Assembly (NCBI RefSeq): GCF_037042905.1
Contig: NC_087251.1
Span: forward strand, 11,038,001-11,102,000
Direction of reading: 5' to 3'
Source: Lytechinus pictus
Lineage: Eukaryota
DNA length: 64,000 bases
In this document: positions 11,849 through 24,670 of the stretch, piece after piece
Position numbering within the stretch: position 1 is the stretch's first letter
Layout of the letters: each line of letters starts with the position of its first letter
Made by a program: the position numbers and the translations under genes
Notes under the pieces: model-generated
Seen by the model: the letters and a program-made list of their open reading frames with translations, nothing else
The model's database searches: none
Told to the model about the DNA's origin: nothing

Positions 11849-13358
11849 TAAGAAAGGAGATACAAACACAGAGTCTCTGATGGCACAACAAACTTAGGGC
11901 AATCTAAAGGCTGGAACATCATATGAAAGAATAATCAGCATTAGAGCAAATAACAAGAACTTGTATAATGAGGGATTTTGATAGAATAGAGGTATAAATC
12001 ATCAAATATACTTGTAACAAAATTCATTCTAATGAGGGAAAAAATGGCAACATTTTCTACAAAGTAGCAAATACTACTATACTGATAAAACAACCCTTAT
12101 TTAGATAACTTGGAAGATATTTCATTCGCACCACTAAGGACAAACGAAAAAAGGATAAACATATAGATTGAGGATGTATTCTTTCAAATAGATAAGTTTA
12201 CGCGTACGAGAACGTAAGTCAGTATCAAAAGCCACATAGATTCACGCCACCCCCCCCAAAAAAAAAACAAACATATAAGGCTATCCGCACAGAAAATATA
12301 GAAGTATTACTTACAATACGTATACTGTGACCTTATAGAAAGAAACAATCATTTTTAAATGAACGAGTGCCAGAATAATCCAACATTTAATCGTGGCAAG
12401 TATTTTGATTTGTGGGATAAACATGACTGTATAAACAATATGATTACGTTCTAGAATATGAACGAAGTTAGCATTTTGTAATATAAGAAGACATGCGCTA
12501 CTCAGTTATCATGACAATGGATCAATGATAATCATTGCATATACTATAAATCATTGTTCAGAATAAACGAATGAAAAGAATTTGACGGCATTTGTGTTTG
12601 ACCGAACTAAGAACTGTCCATCTGACTAAGCTGTTAAAATACATCTTCTCGATTCTAATCGTTAAAAAAAGAAGAAAATTGAGTAAAAAACAAATCAGCG
12701 TGACATAACTGCTTTACTAATGTTTTATTCACATCAAGATAAAATTAGGTTTACTAAGAGTAGCCTGGGCCAGGTATGTTTACCAGGCCAGTAGACGATT
12801 TTACATTTTGTAGGCACATCTGCTTTAAAATAATAAATAAAAACTTCAGCAATAGGAATCTAATGAACCACTTTCGCAATGTGTTGATTTTCTTTTCTTT
12901 TCTTTTTTTTTTATACAAATTTGCTCAGTGATCATCCACTCAACCGACAAAACCCTTCCAAAATCCAAACGGTCCAAATGCATTCGAATATGAAATATAG
13001 TCTTGATTTATTATTATCAAAATCATATTGATAATATTTGAATGTTGCATTCTTTTCCTGTGATTTTCCTTTACATCAATTGGCGTCCTCTTGGAAAAGC
13101 ATGAGTGTTGATTTATTTCTAAATCGATGACGAAAGAAGAGAGCTAATTATAACGTTCCTATCTAGTTTAGAGTTAACCCAACACTTCTGATGAAAAGTT
13201 ATTTTTGCATATTTATGAACTATAGTATGGTTTTATTACACATTTTTCAAAAATTGTTAATTAAATATAGATGTAATGGGTGAGCATATTAAGAATTTTA
13301 TGCAGTTTTAACCAGCTATCAATTGATCGGAAATACTATGACCTACGTATATATATAT

Positions 13359-14093
13359 TTATACAACACATGTATAGATCCTTGACAGCTGATTGGATGA
13401 AAGCGTGTCACATGACATTCAGAGGAATCAGCTATAGCACGCTAAGATATGCTAGCCGTGCTATAGTCGACTATTGCACGCTCGTGCTATAGTCGACTAT
13501 AGTACGCTTAAGTAAATGAGCCAGCACTGCAAGATCCCTGGGCACACTGAACCCATTGATAGCCCCGTACACGTTAAGTGAATTAGCGGTATACGCGCGT
13601 AATCACGTTTTTGTATATCTCTGACCGATGTACGTAGCACTGCGCATACACGTTGCTAAGCTGAACACAATGCGCGTACGTACGTTGCTAAGCAAATTAT
13701 TCCCAGGGTACGGCTGCGTACCTTCTGGGTTTCCTTCTGGGTTTTATGGAATTCATTCACAAATTAGACTTCATGGATCTATGACTTTATAGATCTATGT
13801 TGAGTACTTGACTCTCCTGGGATTACTGGAGTAAATCTACTCGACGCTCAAAAGACAACATTGTAAGCAAAATTAAGACCTAATGCGCGTTAGTCATGTA
13901 CTACACCTATAGATCTAGCCTATCTAGATCTAGTCTAAAGTGTAAGCTATCGGTGTTGTATAAAACAAATATTCAATGTTGTATTCGTGCGACGTTCCGA
14001 ATATTACATTCGTTGCAAGTTGATACAGCCTATTCAACTTGCACACTCATGCAATATTCGGAACGATCGCACTCATCAACATTGAATATTTGT
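13359..14093. mobile_element. Element with a TTATACAACAC inverted pair plus a terminal hairpin (possibly Crypton-like non-autonomous)
   Basis: TTATACAACAC (13359-13369) / GTGTTGTATAA (13953-13963), followed immediately by a palindrome of about 130 bp at 13965-14093. Confidence 0.55.
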
Positions 14094-14419
14094 ATAATAT
14101 ATGATTGACTATATGCCAACATCCACGCATCATGATTACAAATTTTGATAATATTTAACATTATTCCAGTTTTCCATCCATGTGAACTTTATAACGAGTC
14201 CCAGACAATGTTTATATTTTGTTCGGAAATAATTTGAGTTTCTGTTCATTATTTTCGGAAACAGATCGACTTTTTATTCAATATCCGCGCAAGACGAACA
14301 TAATTTGTCCCACGTATATCCGGGTGAACCGGAAGAAGATCGTGGCATGTCACTGCTTCATATAAAAACAATTAACTCATGTCGGCATTCGCAGAAATAA
14401 ACTCCTAATTGATTTTTAA

Positions 14420-14896
14420 AGGGGCAGTTCAACCTGAAGAAAAGTTGTAAGTTAAAAATAATATAAAAAAAAGAGAAAAAAACATTCAAAATATTGGTGA
14501 AGGTTTGAGGAAAATCCATTAAAGATTAAGAAACTTGTAAGAAATTACAATTTTGGATTTGTGACGTCATAAACGAGCAGCTGCCCCATATGTTATGTGA
14601 AATAAAATGCATATAACAATTTTTGATGATTCGTTATGCTTATTTGAAATGATTTGTCTATTAACATACTGAAGGTAAAGTAAACAATTTAAAATTTGAT
14701 AAAAATGACATTTCATTGATTTTTTTACCATACGATATGTAGGAAAGCTGCTCGCATATGACGTCACAAATCAAATGATTAAAATTCTAATAATTTTATA
14801 TTTTTTGATGGATTTTTCTCAACATTTCATCAATATGTTTTTTTTTTCTGCTATCTTTATATATAATAAACTTTTTTGTCAGGGTGAACTTCCCCT
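14420..14896. mobile_element. Kolobok-like TTAA MITE
   Basis: TTAA|AGGGGCAGTTCAACCTGA ... TCAGGGTGAACTTCCCCT|GTAA, with internal inverted GTGACGTCAT..CGAGCAGCT motifs. A related truncated copy lies at about 47563-47945. Confidence 0.75.
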
Positions 14897-15621
14897 GTAA
14901 GTATTGGGTAAATGCTCTATAGGAGGGGGATCATTCAAACAATTTTTTTTTAAAGATCACATATCAAATCAGAGGAAGGTACGATCGTTTATCAGTTTAT
15001 TGGCAAATCATGTTGGTATTCGTTTAGCCATTACAAAAAACAACTGGTTAATATTAATTTTGTTCATGAATTTGTAAATAAATAAATAAATTCCTAAATT
15101 AATTTAAAAGTCATTTTATTACGATTACACTTGATACTGTACGCGCAATACAAGGCGTGTGCCCTCGAAATTGAAAACTGGAATTCAAATAAAAATTTAA
15201 TCGATATGGAAATTACTTGAAACGAAATTATCAATTTGCGATAAAAAATAATACAAACCGCAGAAATAGACTAATGTTAATGAAATACTAGAAGTGTGAT
15301 TTCACTAAATTCGTGCATTGACTTTTTAAATGTATAATTTTATGATATTTTTTGTCCCTATAAACTTGTAATCATAAAAGTTCCAGCTGTGGTTGTTGTT
15401 CTTTTTTTCTTTGGGGGGGGGGTTCATGAGCGACAGTTATGAAACAAGATTGATCATCAATAATTGCCATTTTTTATTGAATTGAATTAATTTTTATTTT
15501 AAGAATAATAAATTGCTTCAAAATTACAATAATAATACGAAGAAGCCGCTATCAGGTCCGGAGATTGAAAATATTTAGCTTGTATGTCGATTAATTATTT
15601 CAATATGCTTGTCTTGGTTAA

Positions 15622-16016
15622 AGAGAAATTCCAGTAGTTGCAGTAAACACTGATTTCATGAGAAAGTCTGTAAAACCAGGCTTAATTGTCAGTATATCAT
15701 CGAGGATCTAGATCTGGTACAGTTACATAAGCTGAACTTTGTGAAATCTTGAAATCTACGCTGAAAAATGTTCAGACTGAACTTCCCCAACACAGATAAG
15801 CGCACGTGGGACAGTGTATAATTATTGATTTGAGCGTCGGGCCCGACGCTCTACCCGAATCCTGTGCTTATTTGCTGATTTCTTAGCAATTACACAATTT
15901 CTTCCAGAATCCTTTGGCACATGTGTTTTATTTATACAAACAGACACTTTGGTGGTCATTTCATTGGATTCTGTACGAACTCATTTTGATATCGTTACCA
16001 AAACTAGCATTTACCT
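15622..16016. mobile_element. Kolobok-like non-autonomous element
   Basis: TTAA|AGAGAAATTCCAGT ... ACTAGCATTTACCT|TTAA: imperfect 14-bp TIR and TTAA TSD. Confidence 0.7.
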
Positions 16017-18563
16017 TTAAGAGGAAACTATATATTTGCCATTTAGAGTATTGTATACATGTGCCTTCTAAAATTATTTCTTTGAATAAGAGTCTATATT
16101 TATGACAAATTGATAGACTTTTAGATGACATAATGATAAATAAGTAGAGGTTTTGTTATTCATGTAAAAAAAACAAGGAAAGTTGTGAGAAATCTTTCGG
16201 GGGATGTTTTTTTTTTCATGGAATCCTCATCGATTCCTTGAGGTTACACTGATTTCTGCCGGTACCACGAACCTTATTTTCGTGGTTTCTGCGAAGTCAA
16301 AGAAACTGAATATTGAAGATGGAGAATAGTGCATGGTGCAGTGAGGCAATAACAGATCAGGGGCTAAGGTCTTGATGCGGTGATGGAAAAATATAACGTT
16401 AGCGAAGAAAGTGAGCCCACCCCCCAAAAAAATATATATATAGTTTTTAATCAAAATAATAAGTCTCAAATAATAATAACTATACAAATACAAAACAACT
16501 ACATACATTTAATAATGTTGATTCTAGTGAGTAAACTAAACCATTTTTATTCTTATCATGAAATATATTTTCATTTGCTTGTGATAATTCATAAGTCTAA
16601 AATTACGTCACTAATCGTTTGTATGATGATGGCCTAAATTTTCTTCTTGACTGTGACAAGTTCTTAATCTATATTGTTCTTTATAATCGTCATATTTGTT
16701 TCAGCTATCATATCCAGTTGTTGTTGTTTGTTGGAAATTAATGGCGACCAGTCATATTTGACTATTACCGCCAACTCGTTAGGCCAACTATTATTTTCTT
16801 TCTTTTCTTCGACGTGTCCTTTAAAATTGTTCCTCTCCTTTCTTTGTTTTTTTTTCTAATTATTATTATTATTGGCAAAAAGAAGCTGCTGAAAAATTAT
16901 TATTATTATAAAGACTATCGTATCTTACAGGTAACCGCATGATCCCGTTATTATAAACATGCTTTACATACTATTTGAACATTATTCTCGGAAACGAATA
17001 TAAAGTACAATGCTCGCTTGTATTAGAAAGTATAACAAAACCGCGCTGTAATCCTGTGATATAAACAAGAAATGTTTTCAGAAAACAAAAAATATATTTC
17101 AAATGACGAGAAAACATCGTGATTAGTTCATGCACATTTCATTGCATTATCGATAAGATTCAAAGTTTGGAATTATTAATTTATTCAATAAAAGGTAGTT
17201 TCAACTTTATAGTATACTAAAATTATTAAAATAAAGACCCTTTAAGATTAGGAAAGTTTGATCATATTGCTTATTTGAATTTATTTATGCGTTTAATAAT
17301 ATGTTCCTTTTTTCTCTCGATCTTTTGTGTAAAATGTATTTGTACATGTTGATAGCAAGAAGAAGCTAAACTTCTTTGAAAGCATGCATTTTATGGACCA
17401 TTATAATCATTTTGCATCTTGTACAAAACAAAATAATATTACATTTAAAAATGCATTGAAAAAAATTCATATTGAAACAACTTTCTGTCAAATTATACTT
17501 TAAGACGCATGTCAACATGCCTGAGCGGATTTGCTTGTATCGATGGCCGACACTAAGTGGTTAAATCCACAAGTACTCGAATTTATCAAGCATTTTTGTT
17601 TGTCATCGGTCATTGTAAGAATCATAACACATGATTTCAATAAATTTCGAGTACTGAAAGTAAAGTTCCTTTACAGCATCCTATCAAAACAATTTAACCC
17701 CAAACTGACCACGGAAAGGATTGTACACGGACTTTCTAAACATAATAAAGGATGTGAGATATTGATGCATCTTACTATAGTGTAATAGATAGCTTAAATT
17801 CATATAAAATATCGATCCTAATACCCCAATGAATTCTATGAAACACTTGAAACGATCATTTTTATGCGGTTGGTTTGTGACATGGTCTCGCGGTACCGTA
17901 ATCACGCGATAATGAGATAACAATATTTCATTTTTTTTTCCATAGGGCATTTTTTAAAATCCATATCGTTTCAAATCAACGCCTTTATTTTCTTCCGTTT
18001 AACATCAATTGGTTACATAATTTGCACAGTGTATCTAAAGAATTCGTGATGCCCGCCCCTCATTAAATCATCAAGAAAATGCAGGGTTCCCCCCCCCCCC
18101 TTCATCATCATTCTGCACCATTCTGCTCATAGCGCAATGTATAGGTCACGAAAATTCGATCAGCGCATGCCATTCATGTCTTTTTATGTCATTATAGTTT
18201 ACTTTATACAACTCAACTTATATAACTCATTCAAACACAAATCATCTCAATTAGTGAGTTAACCACGGGCAATTTTGTAATCAGATCAAGGGTATAAACT
18301 TGAATAACTTTTCCTGTGACCTTTATCAAACTAAATTTGTATCATTATTAAATGACCGGAATTTAAATGGGGCGATCGCAACGTGAGCAACTTCGAACAG
18401 CACGAATCCGAAATTTGTTACTTCATGCAGAGAAGTACAGTATTTCTCCATGGTCAGATGGTCAGGAACCTATAAGGTAACTGCAATATGAAATAGATTT
18501 TTCAATGAATTTTCAAATGTTATAAATTCAGGGTGATTTCCGTTGTGGAAACGGGCAACGAGG

Positions 18564-18810
18564 CATGGCCCAGGGAAGCAGGGTGCTGAGGGTGCTGAAG
18601 CACCCAATTTTTTTTTTTTGGGGGGGGGATGCTGCGTGCATTATCTCCATTGGCAGCATCCCCAGGTAACCAAAATGACCTTCATTTTGAAGTGAAACCC
18701 CTTTTTTTTTTTGATTTTCTTTTGACTTCTATTTGCAGTGAAACTTTTTTTGTTGCTTTTCAAATTTACATCTGCACCCCCAATTTAAAAAAATCGTTCC
18801 CAAGGCCCTG
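18564..18810. mobile_element. hAT-like G-tract MITE
   Basis: CATGGCCCAGGGAA ... TTCCCAAGGCCCTG flanked by CAACGAGG / CAACGATG (7 of 8 match, TSD-like). Confidence 0.65.
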
Positions 18811-19080
18811 CAACGATGTGATATCAGTAATTCAATTTTCTTTATCGAAACTTGATTTCAATCATTTTTTTTTATTAGCCTCAGAAAAGCGTTATTTTGC
18901 TCAATGGAAAGTTAAATCAATACTGTGTATAGGCGCAAGTTAATTAAGTCTTTGATTTTCAACTTCATCTCCTTTCTTGAGATCATTGTTTGAAATCTAT
19001 ATTTAAAAAAAAAAACCATGTTTTGAGCTGGCCTTCAATATACAGACTTGTACCATCACATCGGCTTAGCAGTCCGGTCG

Positions 19081-19325
19081 CGGGCATTCGCGTAACCCGA
19101 CTTATCGAGAAAATGGCCCCTTCAACTCCCGAAATATCGGTCCAGCTTTCCCGACCTCTTGTATATTGGCTATAATTTTTACAAAACCTCGGGTAAATTA
19201 CACCCGACCTCTCGGGAATTAGGGGGCTCTTATACCTCGAATGGTCGGGTAAACTGACCCGACGTGTCGGCATAAGTGGGCCCTTTTCTAATTTTTTTTA
19301 AATGGTCGGGTTATGCGATTGCCCG
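19081..19325. mobile_element. Small MITE with ACCCGAC subrepeats
   Basis: CGGGCATTCGCGTAACCCGAC / GTCGGGTTATGCGATTGCCCG inverted pair. Confidence 0.6.
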
Positions 19326-19342
19326 ACCCCACGCGATAACCA

Positions 19343-20090
19343 GGGGGCCGTTTCATAAAGCTGTTCGTATATTAAGAGCGACTTAAAGGACAAGTCCACC
19401 CCAATAAAAGATGATTTGAATAAAAAGAGAAAAATCCAACAAGCCTAACACTGAAAATTTCATCAAAATTGGATGTAAAATAAGAAAGTTATGACTTTTC
19501 AAAGTTATGCTTAATTTTACAAAACAGTTATATGCACATCATGGTCGGTATGCAAATGAGGAGACTGATGACGTCATCCACTATTTCTTCTGTATTCTAT
19601 TGTATGAAATAAGAAATATTCTAATTTTCTCCTCATTGTCAAGTGAAACAACAACTATAATTCCTCCCTGACATGTGGAATTGGCATCGTTTAATACTAT
19701 CATTGTATATGGTTCAGTCAAGTTTGTTCTTATTGTCAAATGTGTAAAATGAAATATTGTATAATTCAAACAATAAAAAAACAAAAGAAATAGTGATTAA
19801 AGGACTCCACCGACTTTCTCATTTGCATGTCAATGAAATGTGCATATCACTGTTTTGTGAAAAATAAGCGAAACTTCAAAATGTTGTAACTTTCTTATTT
19901 CACATCCGATTTTGATGAAATTTCAGCGTTATGCTAGTTTGATTTTTCTCCTTTTACCTTTAAAGAACGACTGGTGAACCTTTCTTACGCGCTAAACCAT
20001 TGCCAATGGTGCACCATTTACCAAAAGAATTGATCACCAGTCGTTCTTAAAGTCGCTTTTATCTTACGAACAGCTTTATGAAACACCCAT
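19343..20090. mobile_element. Nested MITEs: Kolobok-like element (19387-about 19958) inside a palindromic MITE
   Basis: Outer TIR GTTTCATAAAGCTGTTCGTA / TACGAACAGCTTTATGAAAC. Inner element starts TTAA|AGGACAAGTCCACCCC and belongs to the same family as 42623-43174. Confidence 0.8.
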
Positions 20091-21300
20091 CCGATGTGAT
20101 GTAACAAGCCAAATTACAGCAATATTACTATTTATCACACAAAGATGAAATTGAGCAACATTTTGTACGTTTTTAAGTAGTGAGATCAACTTCTTGTAGC
20201 ACGTTTTCTTTATTTAGATTATGTCACTAATTTGCATGACTTTTCATTTAGTTTATTGTGTCACTGAGAATACGGACTCTGCTTTTCATCCCTCTTCCTG
20301 TTCATTTCGACAAAAAGGAAATCAATCTATTCTATCATCAATCAATAGTGGACTTGGCAGGACAATACTTCTATATCAATATCAGAAGGGACTTTTTGGG
20401 TTTGACGCATCATTTGGCCAGAGAAAATCAGATACATCCTGAATTGAAATTCATTATCATTATGATCACTGGTTTCCCAATAGAATCCCTTCTATTTGTC
20501 TATGATCCATTTAGTAAAATATAGAAAATAAAATAAAATGGGATCTCCGTCGTTATGTTAGTCTGTGACTGATGGAAATGGTGTCGGAGAAAATGATGGG
20601 CAGTTGTAGGATGGCCCCCGCTCTAATTTAAGAATATGAGCATTTTGGAGTTTACAGACGACTGGTATTCAAATATAACAAAAAATAAATCAAAATGGTA
20701 CGATAGTAGTAATATGTAGTTTCTTTGTTAGTTTACCTTTTTTCTTCTTTATTTGCAAACGAATTAAGATTTAATGATAACGTTTGCTAATAGTTGTACG
20801 CGACATCTTGTTGTCAATAATGTCCAACGTCCTTTGCCCAATAGATCTTTGACAGATGTCAAAGCTGAGAATAATGTTATAGGGGGTGTCACATTATTTT
20901 TTCACCCTTTTTTTTAATAGGATAAAAGGGCTCAATTTGCTGACAATGTGGCATCGTGTATGTAATGCTCATACTGAACTATCATTTGGTTTCGTGTGGA
21001 GTATACTAAAAAAAAGTTCATATTATGGAATAATGATCATAATAAGAAAATCTGCCATAAATCTATGGTAAATGTGCATCAATCATAATGATCAACAACC
21101 TGTAAACGGGTCTTTATTATGTTGCCACTGCCATTAAGTATTGTTTGATAGGGCAAGCAAGCTTCACAGTTTTTCCAACATAGCAACAGAAGCTGATCTT
21201 GTAGAGTCTCTCTAGTAAGTATAATGTCTGAGGAAATTAGTCCAAGTAAAGTCTGAAATAAGGGTATGTCTAATCGTAAGCGCGGATCTATGTATAATCG

Positions 21301-21757
21301 GGTTACACTTCGTAATTCCGAAGGTTCGTAATTCCGAAGGTTCTTTATTCCGAAGGTTCGTAATTCCGAAGGTTCTTTATTCCGAAGGTTCGTAATTCCA
21401 AAACACGTAAATTGCCTATACCTCGATGTTCGTTAATCCGGAAACATAAAAGGGTTCGTTAATCCGAACATTTGTGGCGTTATTCCGAAGGTTCGTTTTT
21501 CCGAAGGTTCGATAATCCGAAAACGAAAAAAGGTTCGATGTTCCGAAGGTTCGTTAATCCGAAAACGAAATAAGGTTCGTTGTTCCGAAGGTTCGTTAGT
21601 CCGAAAACGAAATAAGGTTCGTTAATCATTTCGTTTTCGGACTAACGAACCTTCGGAATTACGATCCTTATTTCGTTTTCGGATTAACGAACCTTCGGAA
21701 TTACGAACCTTCGGAAATACGAACCTTCGGAATAACGAAGCTTCGGAATTACGAATG
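21301..21757. repeat. Foldback element built from TTCCGAAGGTTCGT(A/T)A subrepeats
   Basis: Direct subrepeats of about 16 bp run up to about 21625 and then switch to the inverted orientation (ACGAACCTTCGGAA). Confidence 0.85.
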
Positions 21758-21777
21758 TCTAAATCAAAGTCCTCCCA

Positions 21778-22000
21778 CACACTTAAAATGTTGGGCAACA
21801 TACTGTCCACTGTGTTTGGTAATGTATGTTGGTAAAAATATTTATATTATATAATTATTATCCAATTGAGCAAATCTATTACCAAACTAATAGTTTTTAT
21901 TACCCAATTTGGACAGATTTTAACCAAAAGTGGTGTGGACAGTATGTTGCCCAGTGATGGATAAAAATTGGGCCCTTTTTGCCCAACCCTTTTAAGAGTG
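21778..22000. mobile_element. Short MITE with CAC(A/T)CTTAAAA termini
   Basis: CACACTTAAAATGTTGGGCAA / TTGCCCAACCCTTTTAAGAGTG. A similar element lies at about 27618-27968. Confidence 0.65.
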
Positions 22001-24464
22001 TATTATGTATAACTAATTAATGCAAGGATTGTCTAAGTTAAATTAGAATAAATGCATATAATCATTTTGGGAAGACAGTATGCCAGCAGGAGGAGGTATG
22101 ACCTACACTCCGTGGGTGTTGACCATACGTTATATCTATTTTTAAAAGCTTAAACATCGTACCACTTTGATCAAAGCAAACATAATGCTTGCTTAAACCT
22201 ATTACAGTGCCCTGAGAGTACACGAATACATATTTACTTATGACTTGATAAGAACCTATAGACCTAGTAGCAGTAATATGACGATGTTCTAGGTCCTTTT
22301 AATTTGGTACTTCACCTACATGTAGGCGCCGATCCAGTTAGAGGCACAGGTGGCATGTGCACCCCTTGACCAAAATGTGTGCGAAATGGCACCCTGTAGA
22401 TGTAGTACCCATTTATTTTTAGCATGCCCCCTTGAAAGTGAGGATGGATGAGGTAAACCCACGTTGACATTTTGGGATGGGGCTTTTTTTAATTTTCAAA
22501 ATATTTTGTTGTCTTGTCATTTTTTGGAAAGACTTTATCTGACTGATGTTTCGGAGTGATATATTTCTTCTTCTTGCTTATCTTCTATGTAAAAAAAATA
22601 ATGCCCCCCTCCAAATCCGAAATGCTGGACACGCCCCTATTATGCACCCACATCACGTCAGATCCATGATTTCAAAATTTATAAGTAATGACGATGGTTT
22701 ACATGAACATGATGAATGAATGATATCGTCGATCTAAAGGGCGTTTGGTACAGTGACAATTGGCAAAGATATGTTATTTGAATATTTGATTAGCAATCAA
22801 GACATTTCTCCCTTTATGCTTAGACGTGACTTTGCGATATTCAGGGGTTGTGACGGACTAGTATACTTTATCAATTTATTTGAATTATTAAAACCAGTGT
22901 ACAAATACCAATGGATATCATATGATATGTAATTCCTCGTTTACACAAGTTTTTATTACAGTTATAATGACGAAGAGTGGGTGTGTTTTTTTCGGGTTTT
23001 TTTTTGTATTAGCAAGTAGCGTTTTCAAGGGACTGTGACGATTCCCACACATTTTGTTGATGTTACAAATCAAGTCAACAACACCAATACAAATTATATG
23101 AATACAATTTTTAAACAGTTTGGGCCTTCTCATACAATATTATTTCCATAAGTACACATTGAAATTTCGTGGAATGAAACCAGCCGAACACTGGATTAAG
23201 ATTATCTAAATCCTGGTCTTTTGAAATCAAAAATCAAAATCTTTAAGATTCATATCAAAAGTGTTCGATTAGTCAATTGCCGCATTCAGATGATTTCAAA
23301 TCATCGTGTTTTATGATGATGATATGATACTCCCAATAATAATGATAAATAATGATCATGATGATCGTGATGATAAAAATTTCAATTATAATGATAGAAG
23401 TAATGCTGGATTATTTTTTAATTGATGGCGGAGTCCAATTTGGGTATAGCTGCTCATAAACTTCATCCTCTCCTTGAAGAGCATTTCACGTTTAATAGTT
23501 CAGCTCGAAAAAGTGACGTTTTCCGTGTTAGAATAACTTGGAAATGAATAACAGTAGATGGGAAAAAGATTAAAACAGGGGGAAACTTCTGAAATAGAAA
23601 GTGACATGAATAGAAAGTTTGCCGCCGTCATGTCTGAGAAATGATTTGATAAACATTTTTTTTTTCCATTTTTTTTTTATCTGGAAGGGGTTTGTGGTTC
23701 TATTTTAGTAGATCTGTCTGTCAGATTTTGATATGATTTTGTTCCTCATTCAGGTTGGTCCGGACTTCGTGCTTTATATCACGGTCATGGTTATTTTCTG
23801 AACTTCGGAAAGAAACTATTTTGAGATGTGATATATATTTAGAAGTGGTGTGTCGATCTGTGGGTCTGAAAAGGGCATATGGAGAATTTTTCTTAAAGAA
23901 AGTAGTATATACTCAACAAAAAGGTAAGTCCCCCCTAATAAAAATGCTGTAACTCTTGAACGGAATAATTTTGAAATTCGTAATTTTGTAAGTAGTTTTC
24001 TACACTCGTCGAATAACTCCTGTGAAATAATGAAATTGATCAGTTGAGTCATGCATGAGTAATAAATGATTTAAGTAAAAAATTACCATTTTCGAAAGTC
24101 AAGAGTCCTTTTTAGTATTGTGTAAGTACAGAAATGTGCATGCGAAATTTGTATCTGGTGACTTTTATGGTGCTTATGCTTTTTTGCTATCCATAAAAAA
24201 AAATCAATTCTTAAACAAAAACATGACCAATTCCCTTAATGATATATAGGTGATTCATACAATATGATTGAAAGACACAAACTTCATTCAAATTATACGT
24301 TTAAAACAAATTTGCTTACATACTGTAGAATCAAGCAGAAAATACCTGCACCAGTATACAAGAAAAGAAAAAAAAACAATTATGAAATTGATCACAATAA
24401 CTTTTTATTTCAGAAATGGGTAGTATGAGTGTCACATGTCTTCCAAAACTGTCTCTTTTCATCC

Positions 24465-24670
24465 TTTTCCTTCCTTCCTTCCTTCCTTCCTTGCTTGCTT
24501 CCTTGCTTGCTTCCTTCCTTCCTTCCTTCCTTCCTTTCCTTCCTTCCTTCCCTTTTTCTTTCTTTTTTTTTTTTTTTTTTTTCTTTCTTTCTTTTTCTCT
24601 TTCTCCTTTTCCCTTTTCTTTCTTTTTTCTCCTTTTTATTCTTCTTCCTCCTCTTTATCTTATTTTCTTA
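24465..24670. repeat. (CCTT)n / pyrimidine-rich tract
   Basis: CCTT and GCTT tetranucleotide repeats plus poly-T. Confidence 0.9.

Larger units (their letters stand above)
7783..11950 (-). mobile_element. Non-LTR retrotransposon, CR1/L2 group (L2/Crack-like); 5' boundary uncertain
   Basis: EN+RT ORF, T-rich 3' UTR with a stem-loop, AATAAA (7805-7810, minus strand) followed by a (CTGAAA)n microsatellite tail. Confidence 0.9.

Noticed and set aside
11563..11922. Poly-His, poly-Ser and poly-Ile ORFs as LINE ORF1
   Set aside because: These are three frames of one (ATC)n microsatellite with no ORF1 domain features.
21301..21757. CRISPR-like repeated array
   Set aside because: No unique spacers, the orientation flips mid-array, the context is eukaryotic and there are no cas genes. 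It is a foldback repeat.
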